Program-made: the position numbers and the translations under genes
From: Waddliaceae bacterium
GTDB lineage: Bacteria; Chlamydiota; Chlamydiia; Chlamydiales; SLOH01
DNA: 64,000 nucleotides
Reading direction: 5' to 3'
Assembly: GCA_040880105.1 (NCBI GenBank)
Contig: JBBDJA010000017.1
Location: 32,573 to 96,572 of the forward strand
Notes under the pieces: model-generated
Told to the model about the DNA's origin: nothing
The model's database searches: none
The model's input: only the letters and a program-made list of their open reading frames with translations
Shown: one piece after another, positions 47,931-57,443 of the stretch
How positions within the stretch are numbered: the first letter of the stretch is position 1
Layout: each line of letters starts with the position of its first letter

Positions 47931-49307
47931 TTATACAAATTCAGCTTCTGGCTGCGCATCATCTTGATCATTTGAGGTCACAGACCAAAGAGGTAAGAGA
48001 AGGATGAGCGAACAAAGGCTCGTGATGATAAGACCCATAAAAAACCCGTTCCAACCAAACACATCAATCACTCGACCTAAGGGGTATCCTGAGATTGACG
48101 CTCCAATGTAGGCAAAAAAGCCGACAAACCCTGTGGCTGTCGCAGCGGCTTTCTTGTGAGAAAGCTCAGCAGCGGCAACTCCGATTAACATCTGCGGCCC
48201 GAAGATACAGAATCCTAGCATAAAAATCGAAAACGAATCCATCCAAGGGTATCCGACAGGGGCATATTGAAAAAGAAGGACCGAAAATACGATTCCAAGA
48301 GCAAATAGAGCGTTGACAGGCCCTCTTTTTGCCGAAAAGAAGTAATCGGATGACCAGCCGGCGGCTAAACTCCCGACAAACCCTCCGACCTCAAATAAAG
48401 AGACGCATCCCGTTCCGCTCATCGGCGTGTATCCTTTCTCTTCAATTAAGTACATCGCAGTCCAGTCATTTACTCCTGTGCGAACAAAGTAGACAAAGAA
48501 ATATGCAAACGCAAGAACCCAGATAAACTTATTTTTTAGAACAAACTCAAAAAGAATCTCTTTAGTGGAAAGCTCCTTTTCCGACTCTTCTCCCCCTGAA
48601 TAATCATTGCGGTACTGTTCAATGGGAGGAAGGCCAAGCGATTGTGGGGTATCACGCAAACGATTAATTAAAAATAGTCCTCCAAGGAGACAAAGGACTC
48701 CGGGGACATACATTGCATATCGCCAGCCATAATACTGCAGACAAATTCCGGCAATCCAGGGAATAATAAATGCTCCCACATTATGAGACACATTCCAAGT
48801 CGACCACCATCTTCCGCGTTCGGACCTAGAGTACCAATGCGTTAAAAATTTGGCGCAAGGCGGCCACCCGAACCCTTGAAACCATCCGTTCAATCCCCAG
48901 AATAGAATAAACATATAGAGGGAGGACGAAAGTCCGAAAAAGATATTAAATACCCCCGTCATCATCAGACCGAAGGCCATAAAGTACCTTGGGTTTGAGC
49001 GATCGGAAATCACTCCGCTAACGAATTTACTAACACCATATGTGATAGAGAGCACACTTGCCAAGATCCCGACCTGCCCCTTGTCAAAACCAAGTTCGCT
49101 TATCATTCCCGGCATGGCAAAGGTAAAACTTTTTCGAGTAAAATAATAAAAAGCATACCCGAAAAACATCGAATAAAGGATGCGGATACGCCAATACTGA
49201 TATTTTTCGTCGACGACTTTCGAGTCTTGGATTAAATTAATATGTGGAACAGGTTTGAACAGACTGAAAAATGAGCTCATGTCAAAACACCAGATTTTTT
49301 TGAACAT
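47931..49307 (-). CDS. uhpC: MFS organophosphate:phosphate antiporter (UhpC/GlpT family hexose-phosphate transporter)
   Basis: 12-TM MFS protein. YWRIRILYSMFFGYAFYYFTRKSF and SDRSNPR are UhpC/GlpT-type motifs. It lies next to dnaE, as in Chlamydia. An ATG at 49280 is an alternative start. Confidence 0.85.
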   Translation of the reverse strand: MFKKIWCFDMSSFFSLFKPVPHINLIQDSKVVDEKYQYWRIRILYSMFFGYAFYYFTRKSFTFAMPGMISELGFDKGQVGILASVLSITYGVSKFVSGVISDRSNPRYFMAFGLMMTGVFNIFFGLSSSLYMFILFWGLNGWFQGFGWPPCAKFLTHWYSRSERGRWWSTWNVSHNVGAFIIPWIAGICLQYYGWRYAMYVPGVLCLLGGLFLINRLRDTPQSLGLPPIEQYRNDYSGGEESEKELSTKEILFEFVLKNKFIWVLAFAYFFVYFVRTGVNDWTAMYLIEEKGYTPMSGTGCVSLFEVGGFVGSLAAGWSSDYFFSAKRGPVNALFALGIVFSVLLFQYAPVGYPWMDSFSIFMLGFCIFGPQMLIGVAAAELSHKKAAATATGFVGFFAYIGASISGYPLGRVIDVFGWNGFFMGLIITSLCSLILLLPLWSVTSNDQDDAQPEAEFV

Positions 49308-49592
49308 GAATAATGTCTCACTTCTCTTGAAATGAAGAGAAAGGAAACAGTATCCGCGTTTCTAAAGGAGGATAATTCATAAAATAGAGAAAGTCAAGAA
49401 GTCGTGAAGTCTCCCTTCTTTGATGAAACATGTTGACGACTGCAAAGTAGATGTGCTAGAACAACTCTCATTTTAATGTGGAAAAGGTAGAAATCTAGAT
49501 CACCTAACGAAGCCAAGTATAATTAGCAATTCATTTCGTCAAGGAGCCCCTACCCTTTAGAGCCTTAATCCACCGAAGGTAGCAACTAAGAG

Positions 49593-51890
49593 TTGGCAAA
49601 TATGATAAAGTTCATTATCAATCCTGAAGGCGAAGCTAAAGATGAATCTTTTAGCCAAGAAATCCTCACCATCGGAAATGGGAAAGAAGATGGCTGCGAT
49701 CTGATTTTTCCAAGCGTTCAAGAAAAGCACCTGCAAATTATAAAAGAAAACGAGCAGTACTACTGTATTAATTTAATACATGACCCCTTCGCCTCTATAA
49801 ACCAGCTCCCGTTCGGCAAAAAACGCCTAGCTGTCAATGACCGTATTGAGTTTGGAGACGAGATTCTCAAGGTTGTTGAGTTAGAGATACAAAAGGTGAA
49901 TCATCCTGATAAAAAATCAAGTCCCGTAGAGGAGCAACCCGATCCCTCACCTCCAATAGACGAGCTAGACGACGCAGAATTTGACCGCTTATTAAAAGAT
50001 TTGGAGGATGAGGATAGTAAAATAGTGGCAGAGCCTCCCAGGAAAAAGGAAAAACCCGCACCTATTTTTCACCAAGAGAAAAAGCCCCTTCCACATGCTG
50101 AAAAAGAGCCTGAAAAGGAAAAATTCCAAGACTGGAAGCTGGTCATTTTTTTAATGCTTGCAATCTGCACGATTTGCAGCTCACTTTTAGGGTTTACCTA
50201 TTACTGGCAATCCACGCAAAAAGCCGACTACTTTGAAATGCGAGTGGCCGGTGCTGTGGGCGACACAAGTATGGCAATCCTCTTTGCCAAATTAAACCAC
50301 ATTTCCGCCCCGAAACAGCAGTGGTCAAACCCCGACTTTATCAACGAACAACTCAAAGGGGTCCTTGCGCCCATGATGGATAGTCTTGCGACTTTCGATC
50401 AAAAGGGAAATTTTGATCGACTCCCCTACTTTATGCGCATTTACACCTCTGAAGATCTTGCGCGCTTTTTGGTCATTGCTCAACCGCAAGCCGGTTTTTT
50501 CCCTTTCTGGTCTTCTTCCGATGCAATCGTACTTGATTCAAGCGATATGGAGATCCGAAGAATCAGCAATATTCGCGACCTAAACCGTCTGCTTGTTCAT
50601 GCCAACCCTCTAGAGGAAAAAAAGGGAAACGAAATTTCTCAGATTATTGCCAGTCAACCGCGCATTTCACTTCAAGAGATCGGGTTCAATCGAAAGCAGT
50701 GGGGATTTCAAACACCTCAAGCGCTTTCTCTTTTAAGACCCGGAGCCGAGAATAAAGTCTATAACGCGATGAGATACTATTTGTTAGGCGAATCCGTGCT
50801 TCATAAGGCAGCTTCAGTCTTTAACTCTTTCCATGGAGTTCAAGACATTGCAAAAATCCAAGATACAATTGATGATATTACAGACTTTCCCCAACTGATT
50901 TTTTACAGCTCTAACGGCGTTGAATGGGCACGGGAAGCGCAAAAAGCGATTGATGCATTTGTTCCTGAAAAAGAGATTATGATTGGGTACCTAAAGTTTG
51001 ATCCTAAAGGCGTGATCACCGGATCGCATCTTCTGATCGATAATGAAGGCATCAACTTTCCTTTTGATGAAATCGCCCAAGGCAGAACAGATCCGAATTT
51101 AATTGATCCAGCAAAGACACAACAACTTTTTGCTATGCGATTGCGATCTAGTCAATCGAATATTTCAAAACTGGAAAATGCTCCCTATATCGATCATTCC
51201 CACCCCCTATATCACCGCTTAAAATCACTTTCAGCAACTAGAGAGCGACTTCTACTACCTTTTAAAGAAGAAATTTTTCAAACAATTACACGTCAAGCGA
51301 TGCAGATCCAGCCAAACTTTGACGACCATATGCAAAAAAAGCTGAAAAAATTCTCCTCTAAAGACATGGAGATTCGTGACACAATGAAAGAGCAGTTAAA
51401 AGAACTGATCATTGAGTACCCTTCTGTCCCAATGAAGGAGCTAATTGCTTTTACCGACTCTACCGGTTTATCCACACTTTTTAAAGAAGCGATTACCAAA
51501 ATTGAGCGTACTGAAAGTGAGATCAAACTGACAGAAGAAAAAGCCGACCTGCTGCTAAGCGACATTCCAAATAGCGTCGAGCTTGAATCTTTGCATGAAA
51601 ATGTAATGGAAATTTCCGATATGCTCACATTGGCCGAGCTGCCAAACTTTGAAACTTTAAAGAAAAAACAAGCGCAATTTCAATCATTAGTTCTGCATCA
51701 ATTAAAAAAGCTTATACTAGATGAGTCAAAGCAGTTGCCTAAGAACCTTACCTTGGACCACAGCCGCTCCCTACTCATTGAAATCCTTATTTCTTCTTGG
51801 GTACGGGACCAGCAAGAGTTTGATTACTTTTTAAAAGAGCACGATGAGCTCTATGATGAAAGCCTTGGAGTCCCCTTCCATGAGGGTTAA
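49593..51890 (+). CDS. Hypothetical bitopic membrane protein: degenerate FHA-like N-terminal domain, charged linker, one TM and a large C-terminal domain
   Basis: Residues 20-95 (LTIGNGKEDGCDLIFPSVQEKHLQII...YYCINL...INQLPF...LAVNDRIEFGDEILKV) follow the FHA strand pattern but lack the canonical GR/SxxH/NG residues. The TM WKLVIFLMLAICTICSSLLGFTYYW spans aa 181-205. The start is the TTG at 49593 or the ATG at 49602. Confidence 0.65.
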   Translation: MANMIKFIINPEGEAKDESFSQEILTIGNGKEDGCDLIFPSVQEKHLQIIKENEQYYCINLIHDPFASINQLPFGKKRLAVNDRIEFGDEILKVVELEIQKVNHPDKKSSPVEEQPDPSPPIDELDDAEFDRLLKDLEDEDSKIVAEPPRKKEKPAPIFHQEKKPLPHAEKEPEKEKFQDWKLVIFLMLAICTICSSLLGFTYYWQSTQKADYFEMRVAGAVGDTSMAILFAKLNHISAPKQQWSNPDFINEQLKGVLAPMMDSLATFDQKGNFDRLPYFMRIYTSEDLARFLVIAQPQAGFFPFWSSSDAIVLDSSDMEIRRISNIRDLNRLLVHANPLEEKKGNEISQIIASQPRISLQEIGFNRKQWGFQTPQALSLLRPGAENKVYNAMRYYLLGESVLHKAASVFNSFHGVQDIAKIQDTIDDITDFPQLIFYSSNGVEWAREAQKAIDAFVPEKEIMIGYLKFDPKGVITGSHLLIDNEGINFPFDEIAQGRTDPNLIDPAKTQQLFAMRLRSSQSNISKLENAPYIDHSHPLYHRLKSLSATRERLLLPFKEEIFQTITRQAMQIQPNFDDHMQKKLKKFSSKDMEIRDTMKEQLKELIIEYPSVPMKELIAFTDSTGLSTLFKEAITKIERTESEIKLTEEKADLLLSDIPNSVELESLHENVMEISDMLTLAELPNFETLKKKQAQFQSLVLHQLKKLILDESKQLPKNLTLDHSRSLLIEILISSWVRDQQEFDYFLKEHDELYDESLGVPFHEG

Positions 51891-51909
51891 TCGCCCTTCA
51901 AATCATTTC

Positions 51910-52078
51910 CTAAGGAAGGTCTGATTAACGCAGGTTAACTAAATTTTGCATGAATTTTTTCTAAAATTCGAAAAAACAATCGAACTTAACTACTAGATAG
52001 TTAAGTGAGTGCGTTTTTCTCGAATTCCCTTGGAAAAGGCACAAAATTTAATAAGCTGCGTAATTAGGGGTTCCTTAA
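51910..52078. repeat. Palindromic MITE/REP-like element, copy 5
   Basis: The left arm is CTAAGGAAGGTCTGATTAACGCAGGTTAACTAAATTTTGCATGAATTTTTTCTAAAATTCGAAAAAACAATCGAAC. The centre is TTAACTACTAGATAGTTAAG. The right arm is GAGTGCGTTTTTCTCGAATTCCCTTGGAAAAGGCACAAAATTTAATAAGCTGCGTAATTAGGGGTTCCTTAA. Confidence 0.88.
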
Positions 52079-52116
52079 TGGAGATTTTAAATAAATAGCT
52101 GCCGGCATAGGGCAAA

Positions 52117-52187
52117 TTGAGTGCATTTTTTATCGAATTCCAGTCAAAAAGTTACGGAATTTAACAAACAGACTTATTCAGAACTTC
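52117..52187. repeat. Solo half-copy (B arm only) of the same element, about 40 nt after copy 5
   Basis: TTGAGTGCATTTTTTATCGAATTCCAGTCAAAAAGTTACGGAATTTAACAAACAGACTTATTCAGAACTTC aligns with the B arm of copies 5 and 6 (GAGTGCGTTTTTCTCGAATTCCCTTGGAAAAGGCACAAAATTTAA...). Confidence 0.6.
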
Positions 52188-52262
52188 TCTATACTTTCTC
52201 TTCACTTTTTTTAATGTAGCTTCTACAATAACGTGGATAATAGAAAAGTTTTGCAGGTAAAC

Positions 52263-53705
52263 ATGAGATACCAATGCCCAAGAGGGGTATTTGACATTAT
52301 TCCCAATCATTCCAAAGAGAACTGGCAAACCTCACATCTATGGGATCATGTCGAGTCAACAATTCGGGAAACCGCAAAAAATTGGGGATTTCAAGAAATA
52401 CGCACTCCAATTTTTGAACGAACCGAACTTTTTCAGCGGAGCGTCGGCGAAGATACAGATATCGTTACAAAGGAAATGTATACATTCGATGACCGATCTA
52501 AAAGGTCGATGACACTGCGTCCGGAAGGAACTGCCGCTGTCATCCGCTCCTACTTGGAACAACATCTAGATCACAAGGCTCCTGTACAGAAACTCTTTTA
52601 CATTGGACCCATGTTTCGATACGAAAGAGCGCAGGCGGGAAGATACCGCCAACACCATCAATTCGGTGTGGAGGCAATTGGAGTCGCCTCACCTGAGCAA
52701 GATGCTGAGGTAATCGACCTGCTCTACACGGTTTTTTCAAGGCTCGGGATAAAGGATCTCAAGATACAACTCAACTCTATTGGAAATAAAGAGACGAGGA
52801 GCGAGTACCGCAAGATGCTAAGAGAGTATCTAGGAGAGAGCCTTCAGCTTCTCTCTGAGGAGAGCCAAACGCGTTTTCAAACCAATCCGTTTCGCATTCT
52901 CGATTCAAAAGATCTGCGCGATCAGGAGATTTTGAAAAACGCTCCTCCGCTAATTAACTATCTCGATGAAGAATCGAAAGAGCATTTTGAAAACGTCCAA
53001 ATGTTTCTTAAGAAATTAAAGATCCCGTACGAAATAAATCCCCGCCTTGTTCGCGGGCTTGACTATTACAATCGCACGGTCTTTGAAATCACGACCGAAA
53101 GTTTGGGTGCGCAAAACAGTATTGCCGGCGGCGGACGTTATGATGGACTTATTCAAACGCTTGGGGGGCCTGAAATCCCGGCACTTGGATTTGGCGCGGG
53201 ACTCGAGCGTATCATCCAAACACTTATCAACCAAAATAGCCCGATACCTCCACCGCAGACCCCTGTGTTATATTTAATCCCGCTCGGAGATGACGCTAAA
53301 AACACATGTTTTACGCTTACACATCAGTTAAGAGCGGATGGAATTTTTGTCCAAATGGATTACTCGGGTAAAAAACTCGGTAAAATGATGACCACAGCAA
53401 ACAACTTAGGCGCAACATTTGTCGCTGTTGTCGGTGAAGAGGAGCTTGCAAAAGAGGAAGTCGAGTTAAAAGAGATGGCCACCGGAACCATCCACAAAGC
53501 TCCACTCTTTAATCTTTCGCGTATTTTACGAGTAGAGGCAAAGGGGGATGATTTTATCGAAGTATGGAAAGAGATGAACGAGCCCTTTGACCACCCGTTA
53601 GAAGCAAGCTTTTTTCTAAATAAAATCAAACATTCAATCGAAGAGACAAGCGAACTTTCGGAAACACTGAAAGACGCCATGAAAAAAATGGAAGAGCTCC
53701 TATGA
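52263..53705 (+). CDS. hisS: Histidine--tRNA ligase (with a C-terminal extension of about 58 aa)
   Basis: I start it at the ATG at 52263 (MRYQCPRGVFDIIP). The class II motifs are FRYERAQAGRYRQHHQFGVEAIG and GGGRYDGL...GFGAGLERI. An anticodon-binding domain and then an extra helical tail follow. Confidence 0.93.
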   Translation: MRYQCPRGVFDIIPNHSKENWQTSHLWDHVESTIRETAKNWGFQEIRTPIFERTELFQRSVGEDTDIVTKEMYTFDDRSKRSMTLRPEGTAAVIRSYLEQHLDHKAPVQKLFYIGPMFRYERAQAGRYRQHHQFGVEAIGVASPEQDAEVIDLLYTVFSRLGIKDLKIQLNSIGNKETRSEYRKMLREYLGESLQLLSEESQTRFQTNPFRILDSKDLRDQEILKNAPPLINYLDEESKEHFENVQMFLKKLKIPYEINPRLVRGLDYYNRTVFEITTESLGAQNSIAGGGRYDGLIQTLGGPEIPALGFGAGLERIIQTLINQNSPIPPPQTPVLYLIPLGDDAKNTCFTLTHQLRADGIFVQMDYSGKKLGKMMTTANNLGATFVAVVGEEELAKEEVELKEMATGTIHKAPLFNLSRILRVEAKGDDFIEVWKEMNEPFDHPLEASFFLNKIKHSIEETSELSETLKDAMKKMEELL

Positions 53706-53783
53706 GAGACTTGAAGAACTTAAACATCTTTAATGCACCTCTCTCTTTTTAACCTATTTAACTGATATAATTTACGGATCCAA

Positions 53784-55565
53784 ATGTTAGACTATCGCCC
53801 CACACATAAAAACCATCAACTGACTAAAGAAGATATTGGAAAAACTGTCACACTTTCAGGCTGGGTGCATCGCACCCGCGATCACGGTGGTTTGATTTTT
53901 ATCGATCTGCGCGATCGTTTCGGGCTGACCCAAGCCGTATTCGACCCGGAAAAAAATCCAAAACTCCACTCTCGCGCAGAGAAACTCCGAAGCGAGTGGG
54001 TGATCACCCTGCAAGGAACAGTCATTCCCCGTGCCGAAGGAATGTCTAACCCTAATCTCTCCACAGGAGAAATTGAAGTTGAAGTGCATGAAATGGAAGT
54101 ACTTTCAAAAGCGAAAACTCCCCCCATTTCAATTTCGGATACAAAAGTTGAAGCCGGTGATGAGATTCGTTTAAAGTACCGCTACCTTGATATGCGTCGG
54201 GGAAAAATTGCAAATAATTTAATTATGCGCCACAAAGCGCAGCTTGTGGCTCGTAACTTCCTTGACAAACATGAATTTCTTGAGATCACAACGCCCATTA
54301 TGGCAAAGTCTACACCTGAGACAGGAGCTAGAGACTACCTTGTTCCCTCAAGAGTCTATCCCGGCTCTTTCTTTGCGTTGCCGCAATCTCCTCAGATCTA
54401 CAAACAGCTTCTCATGGTCTCTGGAATGCATCGCTATTTTCAAATCGCCCAGTGCTTCAGGGACGAAGATTTAAGATCCGATCGCCAGCCGGAATTTACG
54501 CAAGTAGATATTGAAATGAGTTTTTCCACTCCGGAAGATCTAATGGCACTTATGGAGAAGTTGATAAAAGAAATTTTCCTCGAATGCAAAGGGATCGAAA
54601 TTAAAGCCCCCTTTCAAAGGCTCACATATGAAGACTGCATGACAAGATACGGCTCAGATAAGCCCGATACGAGATTTGGAATGGAAATTGCAATTCTCGA
54701 TGATATCGCAAGCCGCTCGGACTTTACTGTCTTCAAGGAACAAATTGCGTCCAGTGGAACTGTGCGTGGAATTTGTGTCAAAGGCGGCGCGGATATCTCT
54801 CGAAAAGCGATTGATGACTACACTAAATTTGTGGGCCAGCTAGGTATTCGAGGACTTGCTTGGATGAAGTACCAAGAAGAGGGGCTTACTTCCAGTATCA
54901 CCAAATTCTTTACCGATGATCAAAAGCAGCAGCTCATCGACCGCACAAAAGCGGAAAAAGGCGATCTTATTTTTATGATCGCAGATGAGAAGACAAATAC
55001 GCTTCAGGCTCTTGATCACTTGAGACGCAAACTTGCACGCGATCGCGATCTAATCCCCGATAATGTTTACGAGCCGCTTTGGGTAACGGATTTCCCTCTT
55101 TTCCATTGGAACTCCGAGGAGCAAATGATTGAAAGCGAGCACCACCCATTCACCTCCCCACACTTAGAGGATCTATCGTTGCTCGATAGTGAGCCCCTAA
55201 AGGTTCGCTCTCTTGGCTATGATCTTGTTCTCCATGGCCATGAAATTGGCGGCGGATCACAAAGGATTCACGATAATAATCTGCAATCAAAGATCTTTGA
55301 GATCCTACAGCTCAGTCCAGAGGAAGTCAAACGTCGATTCGGCTTCTTTCTTGAGGCACTTAGCTATGGAACTCCTCCTCACTTAGGAATTGCACTTGGC
55401 CTTGACCGGTTGATGATGATCCTCTGTGAAACAGATAATATCCGCGATGTGATCGCTTTTCCTAAAACACAAAAGGCGGCAGATTTAATGAGCTCAAGCC
55501 CTTCTCAAGTGGCAAAACCGCAGCTCGACCTTTTAAAACTATCTATAGAGGTACCTGATGAATAA
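53784..55565 (+). CDS. aspS: Aspartate--tRNA ligase
   Basis: The N-terminal OB fold carries GWVHRTRDHGGLIFIDLRD. FRDEDLRSDRQPEFTQVDIEMSF, the GAD insertion and GGGSQRIHD...GTPPHLGIALGLDRL follow. Confidence 0.96.
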   Translation: MLDYRPTHKNHQLTKEDIGKTVTLSGWVHRTRDHGGLIFIDLRDRFGLTQAVFDPEKNPKLHSRAEKLRSEWVITLQGTVIPRAEGMSNPNLSTGEIEVEVHEMEVLSKAKTPPISISDTKVEAGDEIRLKYRYLDMRRGKIANNLIMRHKAQLVARNFLDKHEFLEITTPIMAKSTPETGARDYLVPSRVYPGSFFALPQSPQIYKQLLMVSGMHRYFQIAQCFRDEDLRSDRQPEFTQVDIEMSFSTPEDLMALMEKLIKEIFLECKGIEIKAPFQRLTYEDCMTRYGSDKPDTRFGMEIAILDDIASRSDFTVFKEQIASSGTVRGICVKGGADISRKAIDDYTKFVGQLGIRGLAWMKYQEEGLTSSITKFFTDDQKQQLIDRTKAEKGDLIFMIADEKTNTLQALDHLRRKLARDRDLIPDNVYEPLWVTDFPLFHWNSEEQMIESEHHPFTSPHLEDLSLLDSEPLKVRSLGYDLVLHGHEIGGGSQRIHDNNLQSKIFEILQLSPEEVKRRFGFFLEALSYGTPPHLGIALGLDRLMMILCETDNIRDVIAFPKTQKAADLMSSSPSQVAKPQLDLLKLSIEVPDE

Positions 55566-56259
55566 AATCATTCTTAGTTTGATACTGATGACAACTGCTT
55601 GCTTTGCAAATGAGCAAGAAAACGACTTTAAACCCCTGACTAAAGAAGAGATCAAAACGCTTTCTGAAGCATTCGGTCACTTCATCGGTAAAACTGTTAA
55701 TACTCCCGGCGTTTCTTTTGATTTAGATAGCCTAATCAAAGGAATGAGAGATGAAGCTGCCGGACGCCCATCCCCTCTTACAGATGAGCAGACTGAAGAG
55801 ATGATGAAACGCATGCAAGTGCAAGCAATCAGCGCAATGGCAGACGCAAATTTAGAAGAAGCGGAAACATTTCTTCAAAATAACAAATCAAAACCGGATG
55901 TTCGAGAAATTGTTCCCGGAAAACTCCAAGCTGCCGTTATAAAAGAAGGTAGAGGGGAATCAGTAACTGAAAATGACACACCCGTTGTACATTTTACAGG
56001 AACATTTCTTTCAGGCGACACTTTCACATCGACAGAGCAACTTGGTAAAGCAATTCCACTCCCATTAGATGGAACGATTGAAGGCTTTAAAAAGGGAGTC
56101 CCAGGAATGAAAGAAGGTGAAAAAAGAAGACTTTTCATTCATCCAGACCTTGCCTACGGCACATCGGGACACCTTCCCCCAAACTCATTACTCATTTTTG
56201 AAATTGAAGTCGTTAAAGCCAATGCGACAGAAGAAGATGAAGCGCCCGAGGGAAATTGA
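55558..56259 (+). CDS. mip: Mip-like FKBP-type peptidyl-prolyl isomerase, probable lipoprotein
   Basis: The signal peptide carries the lipobox-like MTTAC. The FKBP domain reads VVHFTGTFLSGDTFTST...GFKKGVPGMKEGEKRRLFIHPDLAYG...NSLLIFEIEVV. It lies between aspS and trmL, as in Chlamydia. Confidence 0.87.
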   Translation: MNKIILSLILMTTACFANEQENDFKPLTKEEIKTLSEAFGHFIGKTVNTPGVSFDLDSLIKGMRDEAAGRPSPLTDEQTEEMMKRMQVQAISAMADANLEEAETFLQNNKSKPDVREIVPGKLQAAVIKEGRGESVTENDTPVVHFTGTFLSGDTFTSTEQLGKAIPLPLDGTIEGFKKGVPGMKEGEKRRLFIHPDLAYGTSGHLPPNSLLIFEIEVVKANATEEDEAPEGN

Positions 56260-56705
56260 AAGTCGTTCTTTTTGAACCCCAAATCCCACAAAATACGGGA
56301 AATATCGTCCGCACCTGTTCTGTTACAGGGTGCGGGCTTATTCTGGTTGAGCCCCTTGGCTTTTCCACCGCTTCTCGCCATTTAAAACGTGCAGGACTCG
56401 ATTATTGGGAAGGTATCGACCTTCTCAAAATTGACAATTTGGACGCATTTTTAGAAGAGACCGATGATCCTTTCTGGTTTTTTTCCAGTAAAGCGGAAAA
56501 AAGTTATGCAGATGTGTCGTATGAAAGCAATGATCTTCTGATCTTTGGGTCCGAGACATCCGGACTGCCGCCGCATTTTGAGGAAAAATACCGCGACCGT
56601 TTTCTTCGCCTTCCTATGAGAGAAAACAAACGGTGCTTAAATCTTGCGACCTCGGTTGGAATTGCTGTCTATGAAGCATGGAGACAACAAGGATTTAATG
56701 CGTAA
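56256..56705 (+). CDS. trmL: tRNA (cytidine/uridine-2'-O-)-methyltransferase TrmL (SpoU/YibK family)
   Basis: TTG start overlapping the mip stop. VVLFEPQIPQNTGNIVRTC, LIFGSETSGLP and LNLATSVGIAVYEAWRQ form the SPOUT knot signature. Confidence 0.86.
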   Translation: MKVVLFEPQIPQNTGNIVRTCSVTGCGLILVEPLGFSTASRHLKRAGLDYWEGIDLLKIDNLDAFLEETDDPFWFFSSKAEKSYADVSYESNDLLIFGSETSGLPPHFEEKYRDRFLRLPMRENKRCLNLATSVGIAVYEAWRQQGFNA

Positions 56706-56832
56706 CTCTTAAGCTGCGGATACTCTTCTTTTCTTATAAAAACGCCAAATCATCAATAATAGCATCACAGTTAACATTTGTATTCCCTAAATAAATCCTA
56801 AATAATTTTAACCAATGAATATTAATTGTTGA

Positions 56833-57004
56833 TTAAGGAGTCTCTGATAAACTCGGGTTCTATTAAATTTTGGATGAATTTTTTCTATAATTCGAAAAAA
56901 CATTTGATCGTAACTATTTAATAGTTAATCGAGTATGTTTTTCTCGAATTCCCTTGGAAAAGGCACAAAATTTAACAATAGAAGTCATATAGAGGTTCCT
57001 TAAG
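56833..57004. repeat. Palindromic MITE/REP-like element, copy 6 (most degenerate termini)
   Basis: The left arm is TTAAGGAGTCTCTGATAAACTCGGGTTCTATTAAATTTTGGATGAATTTTTTCTATAATTCGAAAAAAC. The centre is TAACTATTTAATAGTTA. The right arm is GAGTATGTTTTTCTCGAATTCCCTTGGAAAAGGCACAAAATTTAACAATAGAAGTCATATAGAGGTTCCTTAAG. Confidence 0.8.
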
Positions 57005-57012
57005 AAATGAAT

Positions 57013-57037
57013 AGCGGAAGAGAACCTTCCGCTTTTA
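57013..57037. terminator. Hairpin immediately downstream of trxA, possibly a bidirectional terminator
   Basis: AGCGGAAG (57013-57020) pairs with CTTCCGCT (57026-57033). TTTT follows on the plus strand, and ATTCATTTC follows on the minus strand. Confidence 0.45.
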
Positions 57038-57041
57038 GATG

Positions 57042-57356
57042 TTAGAGTTCTGCAACTAGTGCTTTAAGCTCTTCGGCATCTTTAACGCCAACAATACGCT
57101 TCTCTTCATTTCCATCCTTAAAGATGATGATCGTTGGAATTGAAGTGACACCAAGAGCTGCAGGTTTTGCTTGCGAGCTTTCGATATCAAATTTTGCCAC
57201 TTTAACTTCTTCTAGCGAAGAAGCCAGCTCTTCCATTACAGGCTCCATCATGCGGCACGGACCACACCAATCGGCGTAAAAATCAACAATTGTAATTCCA
57301 CTTGCGATTTCTTCATCGAAATTATTATCATTTAAATATTTGAGATTTTCGGCCAT
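57042..57356 (-). CDS. trxA: Thioredoxin
   Basis: 104 aa with the active site DFYADWCGPCRM and the cis-Pro context TSIPTIIIFKDG. Confidence 0.95.
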   Translation of the reverse strand: MAENLKYLNDNNFDEEIASGITIVDFYADWCGPCRMMEPVMEELASSLEEVKVAKFDIESSQAKPAALGVTSIPTIIIFKDGNEEKRIVGVKDAEELKALVAEL

Positions 57357-57443
57357 TGTTTTCCTCCATTAATCCCTTAGTCTCCCATATCCAAGTTGTT
57401 TTTTCCAAGAGAAAAAATGGGATTCTATGGTATCATATTCTGC

